Part shown: piece by piece, positions 21,633-34,173 of the stretch
Numbering within the stretch: the stretch's first letter is position 1
Layout of the letters: each line of letters opens with the position of its first letter
Source: Haliotis cracherodii
Lineage: Eukaryota
Assembly (NCBI RefSeq): GCF_022045235.1
Contig: NW_027266267.1
Coordinates: 2,232,001-2,296,000 of the forward strand
DNA: 64,000 nucleotides
Direction: 5' to 3'
Made by a program: the position numbers and the translations under genes
Notes under the pieces: generated by a model
What the model was told of the DNA's origin: nothing
Database searches by the model: none
Seen by the model: the letters and a program-made list of their open reading frames with translations, nothing else

Positions 21633-22145
21633 TGAGAGTGTACCTAACATGTTCAAAATATAAAGGAGTATCTACCTTAGAGGCTCACCATTAACAGGAG
21701 TATCTATCTTAGAGGTTCACCATTAACAGGAGTATCTACCTTAGAGGCTCACCATTAACAGGCGTATCTACCTTAGAGGCTCACCATTAACAGGAGTATC
21801 TACCTTAGAGGTTCACCATTAAAAGGAGTATCTACCTTAGAGGTTCACCATTAACAGGCGTATCTACCTTAGAGGCTCACCATTAACAGGAGTATCTACC
21901 TTAGAGGCTCACCATTAACAGGCGTATCTACCTTAGAGGCTCACCATTAACCGGAGAGTTTCCCCGATAGGTTCGCTATACACAGGAGAGTTTACCTGAC
22001 AGGTTCACTATATACAGGAAAGTTTACCTGACATGTTCACTATATACAGGAGAGTGTACCGGCCATGTTCACTATATACAAGGGGTGTCTACCTCATAGA
22101 TTCACGGTGTACAGGAGAGTTTACCAGACAGGTTCACTATATACA
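21633..22145. repeat. 32-bp minisatellite
   Basis: About 9 near-identical CAGGAGTATCTACCTTAGAGGCTCACCATTAA units flanked by diverged CAGGAGAGTTTACCTGACAGGTTCACTATATA-type units. Confidence 0.92.
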
Positions 22146-23633
22146 CAACAATTACATGGACAGCCCTACAACAACCCAGTCCTACATATGTAGCTGTGTT
22201 TAATGCTGTGACCTACTACACGCATGTACACGCTATATCTGCATGTAAACTCTCCTCACTATTGGGCAATTGATTTCTGACACATGCTTACATGTAAATA
22301 TACCAGTGTGCAGCATTACTGGCATGGCCGAGAAATAATTGTTACGATTTGGCTTAGTATTTCGCTGCAATGAAGATGCAACAGCACAGATACATTTGTA
22401 CAAAAGAAAACAATATAGGTATAATATATCATCAATATAAACATAACTACACTTCACGAAGGTGTGCTTTTTTCTGACAAAGAGATGCAGTTTGTTCCCT
22501 CAAAAACGTGTTCAGATGCACATTACAAGATCAACACGACTGAATCCGGATACAACAACATTTGCAAAAGTATTAGTGCTTAATGTTAATATCATCATTA
22601 TTTAATAGTGTGGTAGTGTTTCATATTCTAGTGTTTTAAACTTTATGCATCTGAGTAACAAGTTATTTAATGATGTTAATGCATGGATTCCCTACACATC
22701 AATAATCATGACGTCTTGAACAAAAAATGTAAATTTGAGAATTATAAGCAATGATTCAATACAAGAATACGATCGGAGCGCCAGCAGTGGCTATTACGAG
22801 TTATGTCCCTCCTACTGATAAATCAGATTCCGCCTCTCATATCACTTGCATTTTCATTTGCTTCAAACAAAATGGCGGCGCCCAGTCAAAACGATCTCGT
22901 CTCTAACCAAGATTTATATCGTAGTATGACATGTCTTACCTTGCAACCTTGTGGGGGCCCGGGGTAGAATGTAACCCCAGCATCCCATTGCTGGTCGTGA
23001 AAGGTCGGGGAACCAGTTTGCCGTGGGCTGCTTTCCTGTGTCGGCAGCGAACGGGAGTCTGGTGGTTGAGGGCACTGGCTCAAAGAGTAGCATCCTGTAA
23101 CTGTATTTGTGATGAGTTGGGTTAGTTCTCAAACAATAATCAGAAAAGTAAGGGAGTTCTTACTTTACTTAGAAAGAGCAAAGTCGAGGTTATCATGAGG
23201 CGTACTGAGAAGTACAGCACCATTCGTCTTCAAATTACAGTTTTCCACTCAGATCACAGTTGAAATCCCCTGTTACCTTGACATGTTCACGCCGCTCGGA
23301 AAGACCCTGACGTTTTTTGCATGAAATCAGAAAGTGAATGGGACAACCGTCTCCGTGACACTTTTGGATGAACGTACGCACAAGCAATAAAGAATTTGGC
23401 AGCAAGAAAGGAAATGTATTCTGTACTGCGAGATGACGTTACATCACGTAGCTGGACAATGCTTTTTTAAACACATACACGGTGATACCATGTGCAGATT
23501 CTCCTGCATTGAATTGATATCCTTGGAGGTCTCTTTCAATTTAATCGTTGATGTTGGTTTCTCTGAAACACAAAACCTGAACCACACCAACAAATTTATC
23601 TTTCTTCATATCTTCAAAATGAGTATTGAGTGA

Positions 23634-23914
23634 GTGAGTTAGCGAGTTGGGTTTAACGCCGCTTATAACAGTATTCCAGTTATATCGCGGCGTGTCAAGT
23701 TAATGTGGGAGGAAAGCCCGAAGTGATGCAGGTCTCAGACGTTTACCACTTCGATGAAACCCATGAGAATGGGTATGGTGCTGACAAATCTTGAAACATA
23801 ATCGGGGCGAACCGGAATTCGAACCCACAATCATAGGTTTCTGGCGTGCCCAAGGGAAGCAACTCTGCACAGCGAATCGCGGCGCCTTAAGGCGATGGAC
23901 CACCCGTGCCCCCA
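23634..23914 (-). mobile_element. tRNA-derived SINE (family A) with TSD
   Basis: Reverse complement matches 14928-15208; AGTATTGAGTGA on both flanks (23622-23633, 23915-23926). Confidence 0.88.
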
Positions 23915-24415
23915 AGTATTGAGTGATCATCTCTTGACAGATAATTGGACATAGCAATCAAACTGGGCGTAACGTTGACTCACGAATCTTCAATGGGAGC
24001 TCATAATGTTTTGAGACGCTTGTAGATTTATTTGATCAGATGTGGACATGAGAGAATGTTCCTCCTTCCAAGTTCGCTTGGGTTGAACCCTGTCTGACCA
24101 TTATAATCAGGATCTAGGTGTTCCACAAGGCAAATGCGCCCTTGAACAATTTGAATACTTCACTTCACTTCAGATAACAGGGAAAGGATGAAAACACCCA
24201 AACACTTTCACGCTTAGGTAAGCGTTTTATGTGTGTGTCCGACCTGAACAGATTAAGCAACACTTGTAACAAATGTGTAGCTTGTGAGAGACTGTCACTG
24301 TTTTAACACAGAGTCTGCCTGTCCACCTCGTGGGGGGTGGGGGTGGGGGGGTGGGGGGGGGAGTGAGTGTCGTAAGTGTCATGGTGTACGTAGATTAAGA
24401 GAGTTATACAATATA

Positions 24416-25923
24416 TACTAGCCACATAAAGAAACTGTGCACGGAGAAAATATAGATATAAGGGCACACCGTCCACATATGAAATATAGGTTTGAACACA
24501 GCAATTATTGGAGACATTCAAGCGCTCATGCACGTGCCATGCGATATGACGTCATTGATGGGGGCCTATGGACGTGCAATGTGTTACTGCATGTGCATCC
24601 TGTGCAGCTGTACACAGCATGTGCAACTCAAAATTCGCTGTCACTTTGGAAAGCATGATCTGTGGTCATTCAAAAGTTCAAAACTTCTCAGGCGCAGACA
24701 CAAGCATATCACAAGCAAATCATGCCAAGATTGACAGCTGCACAACGTCATGAAGCCATTGGAATGATCCGAGCGGGAATGAGGCAACAACAGGTGGCAA
24801 CACATTTCCAATGCCATCGTAACACGATATCAGCATTGGTGAGGTGTTATCAGAACACAAATGACGTTGCCGACCACCCACGTTCAGGACGTCCCCGAGT
24901 AACGACGCCAAGACAGGACAGATGGATTCGACTTACACATCTCCGACACAGGTTCCAAACGGCAGTAACGACGTCCCAGACAATTCCTGGACTGCGCCGT
25001 ATCCATCCCAACACTGTCAGGAATCGTTTACGTCAGTACGGGATTCGACCACGACGCCCTGCCTGACGCACCGTCATCGCGTCAACCGTCTAAGATGGTG
25101 TCGAAATCATGTTCGCCAACCTCGAATATGGTGGAGAAATGTTGTCTTTACAGATGAATCGAGGCTCAACATTTCCCATAGTGACGGGCGCCAACGTGAC
25201 TACCGGCGTTTGGGATAACGTTATGCACGCAACTGTATTGTGGAGAGGAATCGTTTTGGAGGTGGCTCTGTGATGATTTGGGGTGGGATAACAGCACGGC
25301 ACCGAACCCCTTTGGTTGTTGTTCAGGGCAATCTCACCGGTGTTGGCTACACAGATCAGATTCTGAGGCCTGTGGTCATTCCTTTCCTGCAACGTCATGG
25401 CCCGGGATTGACATTTCAACAGGACAACGCTCGTCCTCACACGGCTAGGGTCCCAATAGATTTCCTTCACCATAACAATACCATGTTACTGCTATGGCCT
25501 GCAAATTCTCCAGATCTCTCCCCAATAGAGCATGTGTGGGATGAAATGGAGCGCCGTCTGCGTCGTCTTCCACATCCTCCAGATAACGTCCGTGACTTGG
25601 GACAGGATTTGAGGAGGATATGGCAAGCCATTCCCCAGGCCTTCCATGCCCATTTGGTGGACTCCATGCGTCGCCGATGCACTGCTGTGATTCACGCACA
25701 GGGTGGTCATACCCGTTATTGACTTTGTGACTTTGTCGTTTGACCCCCTACTCCATTTTGATCTTCTGACGTCATCGTAACAAATGTTGTTCAGGTCCCG
25801 TTCACATTTTCTAATGGTCCGATCATGCAGCTGCTACAGCGTCTGCATCATTTTGTTCTTGCTGTGTTGTATTTCAATCCAGAATATATTTTCTCCGTGC
25901 ACAGTTTCTTTATGTGGCTAGTA
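24416..25923 (+). mobile_element. Tc1-family DNA transposon, full length, perfect ~39-bp TIRs, TA TSD
   Basis: TACTAGCCACATAAAGAAACTGTGCACGGAGAAAATATA at both ends in inverted orientation. Confidence 0.96.
24722..25722 (+). pseudogene. Tc1 DD34E transposase with one frameshift (~25060) and one stop (25216-25218)
   Basis: MPRLT...GRPRVTT; FTDES; QQDNARPH; SPDLSPIEHVW; GGHTRY. Confidence 0.92.
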
Positions 25924-27439
25924 TAGTTGTAAGTTTTGTCATTTTTTCCGCAATATTTATATAATAGTTAACTGTGGTAATAGTCTTCATTGTGTTATAT
26001 TAAGTTAAATGTAAGGTGCTGTATTCAATCAGTCTCACATGTGAAGCTCGCAGCTATCTATAAAATTACATTACATCCTCAGAGCATAGTCAGTATTATC
26101 TATCTGTACGTGTCTCAGCCTCTATCGCAATGACCGCTTGTCAAACGTTTGCTGATACGTCCAACTCATATCAATATTTTCGGACTACTTCATCAATTAT
26201 TATTATTATTCTCGGCGCACGAACTCAAATTTTCTTATCAAGCTGATAATTGAACATGCATTAAATTCGTGACAAGTCAAGGTATCTATACTATATATAC
26301 TGGCTAGCCCCGGGGGTACCTCACTGTCGAGAAATCCCCAATAAAGGAGCTGGCCATAGACACTTTGTTTGGTTTCTTTGAAGGTAAGTCATGTTCACTT
26401 TACTATTTCTCAAAATTCATAAGGTAAATTGTTTTATAATTCGTATCGTATGTTGAGCAATATTATCAGCTGTAAAGGTGTTTAAACTTATGTTATTGAC
26501 CGTGTATAACTGCAAATATGTTAAGTGGGTTGTATCTATTTGACGGACTTATCTGTCAAATGTACAGCATATATTGAATATCAAACATGTTCTGAGTAAT
26601 CATTTAGTTAATCTGTTAGCGATGTGCAAATAACATAGGTTACTCTCTTGTACTTACATAGGTCTGAGCATAATGCATTTGTAACACAGCTTCAGCAAAC
26701 ATGTCTACATTACGAGCAATGCCTAAAATGTACATATATCCATACATTATACCATTCAGTGATGTGAATGGACATTTGTTAATGGGCCCGTTAACTCAGT
26801 GTATGTGGATGCTATCAGATACAGTTTGTTTGCTGCGGTAGTTTAGATAAACTATAGATATGGCCTTCAAGTATAACATATACCAGCATAAAACAATAAA
26901 TGATATATGTTCAGAAGTTACAGCCAACGCATGTTTTTATTTATATTTAAATCTGCGTACATTCGATACCGATATTGGGTTTAACTAGGTTTATATGTAA
27001 ATAAGACATACTTTATGGCAGTCCCATTTAGCAAGGCGTAATCATAATTAGGAGTGGCTGAAAATAAGTGTCACATAAGATTATGTAAGCTTTGTTCACA
27101 GGTATCTTTGTAGACTGACTTTAATATTGTTTTTTGCAATTGATTGTTTTATCACTTAGCCCATGATACATCGGTATATCATGACATTTACACTCTTATG
27201 TATAATCATTGTTCAATATCACGCACTATTGTGGTAACTGCGTATGCTTCTTTCATAGAAACTGTAAATGTTCTATATGACTTTGTACTTTATATGTAAA
27301 AATAGTTCTTATTTTAAATGTGAATGGACTGTCGAGAAGTACCCAATAAAGGAGCTGGCCATAGACACTGTTTGGTTTCTCTGAAGGTGATGCCCGATCC
27401 CGAGCTAATTCTAGATATTGTGACGGTTTGAATACGAAA

Positions 27440-27660
27440 GTGTCAAACCATCATACAAAGCTGAAGAGAAAGAGATTCGATTTGATTCTGAAGTGAAACG
27501 AGCTAAACGTCGATACAACAGTGACAGGATAGCAGAACTTGTGTGAAGGAAATAAGAACGAATTCTGGAAGCAGATCGGGAAAGTTGGTCTGGGACAGAA
27601 GAGACTACAGAATATTGCTATGGAGGTGAGGTTACCAGACGGGGCACTGGGATCTGACTT
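27440..27660 (+). mobile_element. Short non-LTR retrotransposon ORF2 linker fragment
   Basis: Plus frame reads ...NKNEFWKQIGKVGLGQKR..., like the FW(K) segment between APE and RT. Confidence 0.35.
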
Positions 27661-29031
27661 CGGAGCTGCCACATGTCAAGTATGATTCAGCTCCGAGGTC
27701 TGACTTGAAGGTTCGATTCTGTCGAAGTTTATTATCTCACTTTATGTTTCTTCTTCTATATGGAGCTCTCTCCCTGTTCATATAAGGAAAATTAGGTGGG
27801 ATATATATTAATCAAAATACCAAAGTCGTTTTTCTCCGACCTCATCAAAGACAGATAACCAGCTATGACGTCAACAAAAATTGTGTCAATGTTTAGGTAA
27901 TTCATTACATTTAATGATAAGGCTGTTCTTCATTAGTGATGGTGCAACATTAGCCAAGTTACAGTTACACAATCAGGTGAGTACCATTTCAAAATATCTT
28001 ATGTTTTGTTTCATACATTCACTTATACAGTTTCAATATCGCTGTATGTGTTGAAATAGTTTGATTCCTTGTGAACAAAACATCACGAAAATATATTGTA
28101 AAAGAATGACTAAGTCGTCTTATGATAGTAGTATAACTGTCATGGTAGATTATCAGTTATTAGAAGAATATAGATTGAAGTTGATTTGTATTATTTTCTT
28201 AGAAAAGATTTGTTATGAACATGACGTCAGATTATTATCTGGCTGTAAGAAAATGTTTATTCATCAGAAGCCTATGATTGCATAATTTGTTTTGGGTAAA
28301 CAGTACCTGACTGCCATGCGCGTTTAACGCATGCGCAGACATACTGTATTAAAATAGGAATGAAAAAACAGTTGTTAATGTTATCTATTGGATTCGTTTG
28401 AATCAGGTGAGGAATCAATGCATAGAAAACACATTCCCCTTGTCCCACAAATCATATAGATCATGTTGTATGTTTTGATGTATGTATCAACACACAGTAA
28501 GTTTGGAATTTAAGATTTAGAAGTCAGCAAGCCCGTCATCAGCAAAACGTCTGTTCGTTGCCGCCAAAGTTGTGAGTCCTAGATCGATGCTATTATATCG
28601 AAAATTTTGTCATAGCATGCTAGTTTAGACATGAGATGGAGGAGAAATAGTTCTTTGATAGTTTTTGCATGGAATGCTGTGTCGTTGATGCCTTTGCACA
28701 AGGTAATTTTGTCAGAATGGTATTTTAGCGGGCTATCTAAGTTGTTTAGCGGAACGCTGAGTAGGTCTATGCAGGGAGTAACGTCCCTTGGCTGTCTTGC
28801 TCACACAATTCAGACAAGGGACTCGCCGGATGATGAACAATCCTCCCGATAACAACCAACAGATTCACCTCAGAAAGTGATGATTCTGAATGCATAATGC
28901 CACATCAGTGTGACTGTTGGTGGTTTTATTATGACAGTAATCAAGTCTGAATGAATTTATGCCAAAGCACTGTGACCGACGCTGACTATACAAATCTGAA
29001 TGACTTTTGTGGTTTACTGCAGAAACATAAT

Positions 29032-32000
29032 TGACTTTGATTTAAACAGTATTTTATTTTCATTAATGTTCAGATTTTACATTAAATAGCATTACAAAAT
29101 GGAAAAAGGATTAGCAAACAGGCCATAAAGGCCTATATTAATGCTTCTCCTAATAATGTACATCATACATGTAGATTGTAATGAAGTCTATAGAGCAGAC
29201 ATTAATGAGTGACACAACATGAAATAAAATGGAATGCAAGATACCAAATGCATTTTATATTCTTAAGTTGACACATAACTTACGTAAAGCGGTTTGTTTC
29301 AATGATGTAATTGTGAACTGATTTTATAATGTATTCATTGTCTGAGGAAGATGAATCTTCATTGCCGTGGAATATAGTATGTATGCTGAGCTGGTTAACA
29401 AAAAAGTATTTATCAATTCTAAACTTGGCATAGTGTGGACAAGATAGAGAAAAGCATCTTCTCTATTTAGGCCACATGGACAGATGGGATTATCAATCAG
29501 AAATCTGTCAAATAAATGTGATTTTAAATCACCACAACCTAGCCTAAGTCTAGATAAAATCACCTGACATTGCCACTGGCCATAACTAGCAAAAGATGTA
29601 AAATGTGCAGTAAGCTTAGTTTCTCTAGAAATTAATGCTTAAACCGAGATAAGGAATCTACATTTCTAATATTAATATCAAGTGCATTCCAAGCCTGTAT
29701 AACAGATGGCAAAAAAGATCGATTATACTGGGATAAGCGTCCAGTACTGGTCTGGAAGTCAATGTCGTCTGTCGGACAGTGAAAATAAACCTGTTTCCCT
29801 ATAAAGTTTTTTGTGACTGGTTCATCTTACTGCTCCACATATTGTTTGTAGAGCATCCAAGTGTAAATTTTCTAATAGTCTTACTTGTTCATTATTACAA
29901 TTATCCCAAATATTATCACAATAATCAAAAATAGGTAAAATAAAAGATTTGTACATGGTTTCGAGCGTTCTTTGATTTAGACGGTATTTCAGGCTACGCA
30001 AAACAATTAATTAATGGGCTCACTTTACGTACAATATATTCAATGTGTTTGTGCCATTTTCCATCTTCCTGGAATACAAGTCCTACTTCACTTACTTCAG
30101 GTATAAGAATATCATTCATTCGCAGAGGTAATTTAGGACTAGGATTAATTTTAGTGAAAATAACATGGCTTCCGTTTTGGAAGGACTAAATTTCACCTGC
30201 CATTTACTTGCCCAGTTTGATAAACATTCTAAATTACTATTCAATATAGCGGCTGTGGATTCAGTATCTTCAATAATTAGAAATAAAGATGTATCATCAG
30301 CAAAAAGTTTAATATTACTCGTTATCCCATGAGTCAGATCATTAATATAAATAAGGAATAACAGAGGTCCTAAAACTGAGCCCTGTGGCACTCCGGCTAG
30401 AACAGGTTTATAATTTGACATAAAGAGATTATTTACTACAGACTGTTGTCTATTACAAAGATAACTTCCAAACCAGTCCAGAAGATTATCCCCTATCCCT
30501 GTTGACTTTAATTTAACTAATAAGCCTTCATGCCAGACACGATCAAACGCCTTACTTATATCGCAAAATATGGCGCGAACTTCCTTTCCATCATCCAAGG
30601 CTTTGGAGATCACGTGATATAATTCAGTTAGCTGATAAACAGTTGAATCTCCAGGTTTGAATCCCGATTATGAAGTGGTTATGATATCATTATACAAGTA
30701 AAAATTGTAGACATGCTTAAATACGCATTTTTCAAATACCTTAGAAAGAGAAGTTGTCAGGGCTAATGGTCTATAATTATTACAGTCATGAACACTACCT
30801 TTTTTATGGATTGGAACAATAAGAGATGTTTTCCATTGACAAGGAAAGGAGGAAAGTCGTAGCAATAAATTGAACAGTAAAGTAATGGGAGCACATAGAG
30901 GTATAGCTAGTTTTTTTATTAGCATATTACCAATATTATCTGGACCTTTAGCTTTGGTAGTATTTAGACTTAATAAAATATCATGGACTTCTTTTTCAGA
31001 CAAGAGCAAGTCGTTAAGTTTATTTACCGGCTCATGTAAGTTATTAGTTTTCTTCTCAGGTTTTTCAACTTGGGCTTGTTGAATAAAGAAGTCATTAAAA
31101 GCCTCAGCAATATCACTGGGATGATCAACAACGTCTCCATTAATCATAATAGGAGGGGATTGTGTATTTAAATTTATTTTATGCTCTTTGAATTTTTTAA
31201 TTAAGCGCCACCATGATTTAGTACCACATTCTGAATGAATAGTATCATCTAATTACAAATCATAAGCGCGCTTAGCTTTCCTTACTTCAGTAATAACTTT
31301 GTTCCATGCTAATCTGAAGCAGTCCCAATCAATCTGTAAATTTCTTCTTTTAGCAGTTGATTTCTATTCCTCATCAGCTTTCGCAAGTGGCCATTCATCC
31401 AAGAATAATCCCCTGGTCGTACAACCACTTCTTTTTGGGGTATGTACAGATCTATCAACTGTAATATTTTTGAAGTAAATAGTGAAATAGACACGTCAAT
31501 ATCAGTGTGGTCAATAATACTTCCCCAATCAGTGGCAGCAATACAATCACTTAGGCCACTGTAGTAAGCATGGTTATAATCATATATAAATCGCTTAAAA
31601 GATTCCTTACGTGCCTTTCCAAACCTGAGGGAAACGAATACTGGACTATGATCAGTGCATACTGGAGGAAGAACACCTGATTCATTTACAATGCTATAAA
31701 CAGTGGTAAAGATGAGATCAAGCAAAGTACTAGTAGTATCAGTTACTCGTGTAGGTTCAGCAACAAGTTGTATTAGGTTGTAAAATAATTGTAAATATTC
31801 AATTTTGTCTAGTATATTAGCATTAAAGTCACCTACTACAATCATTTTAGAGTATCAATTAAGTCCCAGTAGTAGTTCCCGAGATCCCTTCTATAGAATG
31901 TACCAATCAACATTGACATAATTGACTTTAGATACTCTTCCTCCATGACATTCTTCTGAGATTTTACTAAGTTGTTTAGGTCTTGCAAACACCACTTTAT

Positions 32001-32600
32001 GCTAGTTCCTCTTCTTACTTGATCAAATTTCAATTTGTGATATGTACCAATGAAATGTCATATAATCAATAAGTAAGATATTTTTTCCAAAAACATTATT
32101 TGTTTTGCTTCATTAGCATAAAGAAATATAATACTGATCAGCCATAACATAGTTGCTGAACAAATATAAAATGCACTAATACCCTGAATGTTTTCCTACT
32201 ATAAATACAGCTCACTTAACAAAAGTTGTAGTTTCACCTTAGTAGACAAATGACATTGATATTTTTTCTGTACTTTATTTAGGTGTTTTCTATGGATGCC
32301 ATTAGTCGTATGCACCAATTTGGGACAATTGTATTCTGTTTCATATTCCCATGAAACTACACTGTCCAGATATAACAAGTACTGATGCTGTTCCAAACTA
32401 ATCTTATAATCTCATCAGGGCCAAATGCCAAAGCACAAAGCCAATGACTTTCCATTTTTTCTGAGTGAGAATGCTGTTTTGCCACTTTTAGCAATATTGC
32501 AACGATATCATGGTGGGTGACACCAGCAATAAGATTCACATATTTGTACCCATGTTTTGAATCGAACTTGTGAACAATGCATGCCCACAGATATCAGTTT
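29032..32600 (-). mobile_element. Decayed CR1/L2-group LINE (APE + RT), 5' boundary approximate
   Basis: VGDFN, LLDLIF, TDH; NYRPLAL; DISKAFDRVWH; GVPQGSVLGP; LFADDT; many stops and frameshifts; 3' end AATAAAATACTGTTTAAATCA resembles that of the 49.7-kb element. Confidence 0.92.
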
Positions 32601-32861
32601 TAGGAGGATATTTACAACTAAAATAACACAGAATATTACAACAGCTATCTGATATGCACAGGCTAACATTAATAACTAGAAACAAGACATGAAGAAAATT
32701 CTAGATACCTTCAGCAACCTTCAAATTTCTTGGTATTTTCAAGATAATTTTTTTAGGTGTTTCACACTTAAGTGAACAAAATGGGAAGGTTTCCGGAAGG
32801 TTTCCAGAAGACGGAAACCTACACTTTTTTGCTGTGATGAACGCTGATGTTGTTCAGGATA

Positions 32862-33262
32862 TTACTTACTTGACTTATCGGATGACAGGATTTCCACCAC
32901 CTTTTTATGTTTCCAGTGTCTTGCCAAGTCGGCGGCTGTCATGCCTTCGTTGTCTTTGGCGTTTATGTCCATCTTCTTCAGTGAGAGGATAAACTCCACC
33001 TTCTGCCTATCTCCTCTCATGCTGGCCAAGTGAAGAATATTTCGACCTTCACCGTCCACCAGTGTCGGATTGGCTCCTCCTTTCTTCACAAGGAACTTCA
33101 TGACAGTGAAATGACTATTCTCTATTGAAGCTCTTAATGGTGTAACCCCGTTCGATCCGGCGCCGTTCACATCCAGCCAATCCATGGCGGCCCTGACTGT
33201 TTGCAGGTCTCCGAAACGGCAGGCATTTATGAATTGGTCACGACTTGTGTCTCTTCGAGCCT
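32862..33262 (-). CDS. Ankyrin-repeat terminal exon (about 4 repeats)
   Basis: ACRFGDLQTV, GVTPLRAS, GRNILHLASMRG, GMTAADLA; acceptor ttctgttatag| at 33263. The upstream part of the listed ORF is probably intron. Confidence 0.88.
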
Positions 33263-33644
33263 CTATAACAGAAAAATGCTCTTTGAACACATGCATGTGG
33301 AATTTACATTCTAATATAGTCAATGTCCTAAAGCCATTATAGTTTTGTCTCCCTGCTAATAGGCTTGCACATCTCTGATGACGTTTTCCTTTCATGTTGT
33401 TTTCTATTCATTACGAACATGCTTCTCCTTCTGCTCTCACTTTGAAAATGAGTAAATCTCAAACAAATAATAGTAGAACAAATTGTAGGATACACAACTT
33501 GATTCAGTGATATTGTGTTCTGTTCTTTTCAAATACACCAGAGGCCAAGTGAAAATCGACAGTAAACGACCTGTGAAATTCAGAGCGAATGTCTCGTTTT
33601 CAACGATATTTCATGAATTGAGGATAGATGGGCAGACAGACAGA

Positions 33645-33870
33645 CATGTGTAATTGGTGTATGATGATATACATCAACTAAGCCAGCGAGCCTGACCACC
33701 CGATCCCGTTAGTCGCCTCTTACGACAAGCATAGTAGCCTTTTACAGCAAGCATGGGTTGCTGAAGACCTAGTCTACACTGGGCAGCCTAGTGGTTAAAG
33801 CTGGTGTCCTCCTCCGTTATATTGCTGGAATGTTGCTAAAAGTGGCGTCAAATCATACTCACTCACTAAC
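33645..33870. mobile_element. Adjacent SINE fragments (V-domain-type, minus; internally deleted family B, plus)
   Basis: 33645-33780 is a reverse-complement match to 63644-63912; 33781-33870 keeps box A and the (ACTC)n tail of 15411-15576. Confidence 0.75.
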
Positions 33871-34173
33871 CACAATTTTATGATAATAAGTACATATGAT
33901 GTTACTCTGTGGACTCCCATTTATGTTGTCACAACGTTATGGGCTGACGTCTATGGTTAGAAGATGATAAACATAACGTGTAATGCGAAAAATTGTATGT
34001 GATGCATTATCCTCATACGAAGAAGATAGGTGGAAACTGGGAGAGAATCTGGTCTGATACAGGTCAGTTCACTCTTAACTTATACAACATGTTTTATGTA
34101 AACTAGCACAAATGTATCCTCATAAGATCATAATCGGGGCGAATCCGGGATTCGAACTCATTGCCATCGGATA

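Noticed and set aside
21665-21950. CRISPR-like 32-bp repeats
   Set aside because: Head-to-tail units without unique spacers, eukaryotic context, no cas genes.
28490-28860. Coding-looking segment next to the decayed LINE
   Set aside because: Stops in the frames examined and no recognisable motif.
33263-33395. N-terminal 44 aa of the listed ankyrin ORF
   Set aside because: Lies upstream of a good splice acceptor and reads like intron; treated as non-coding.
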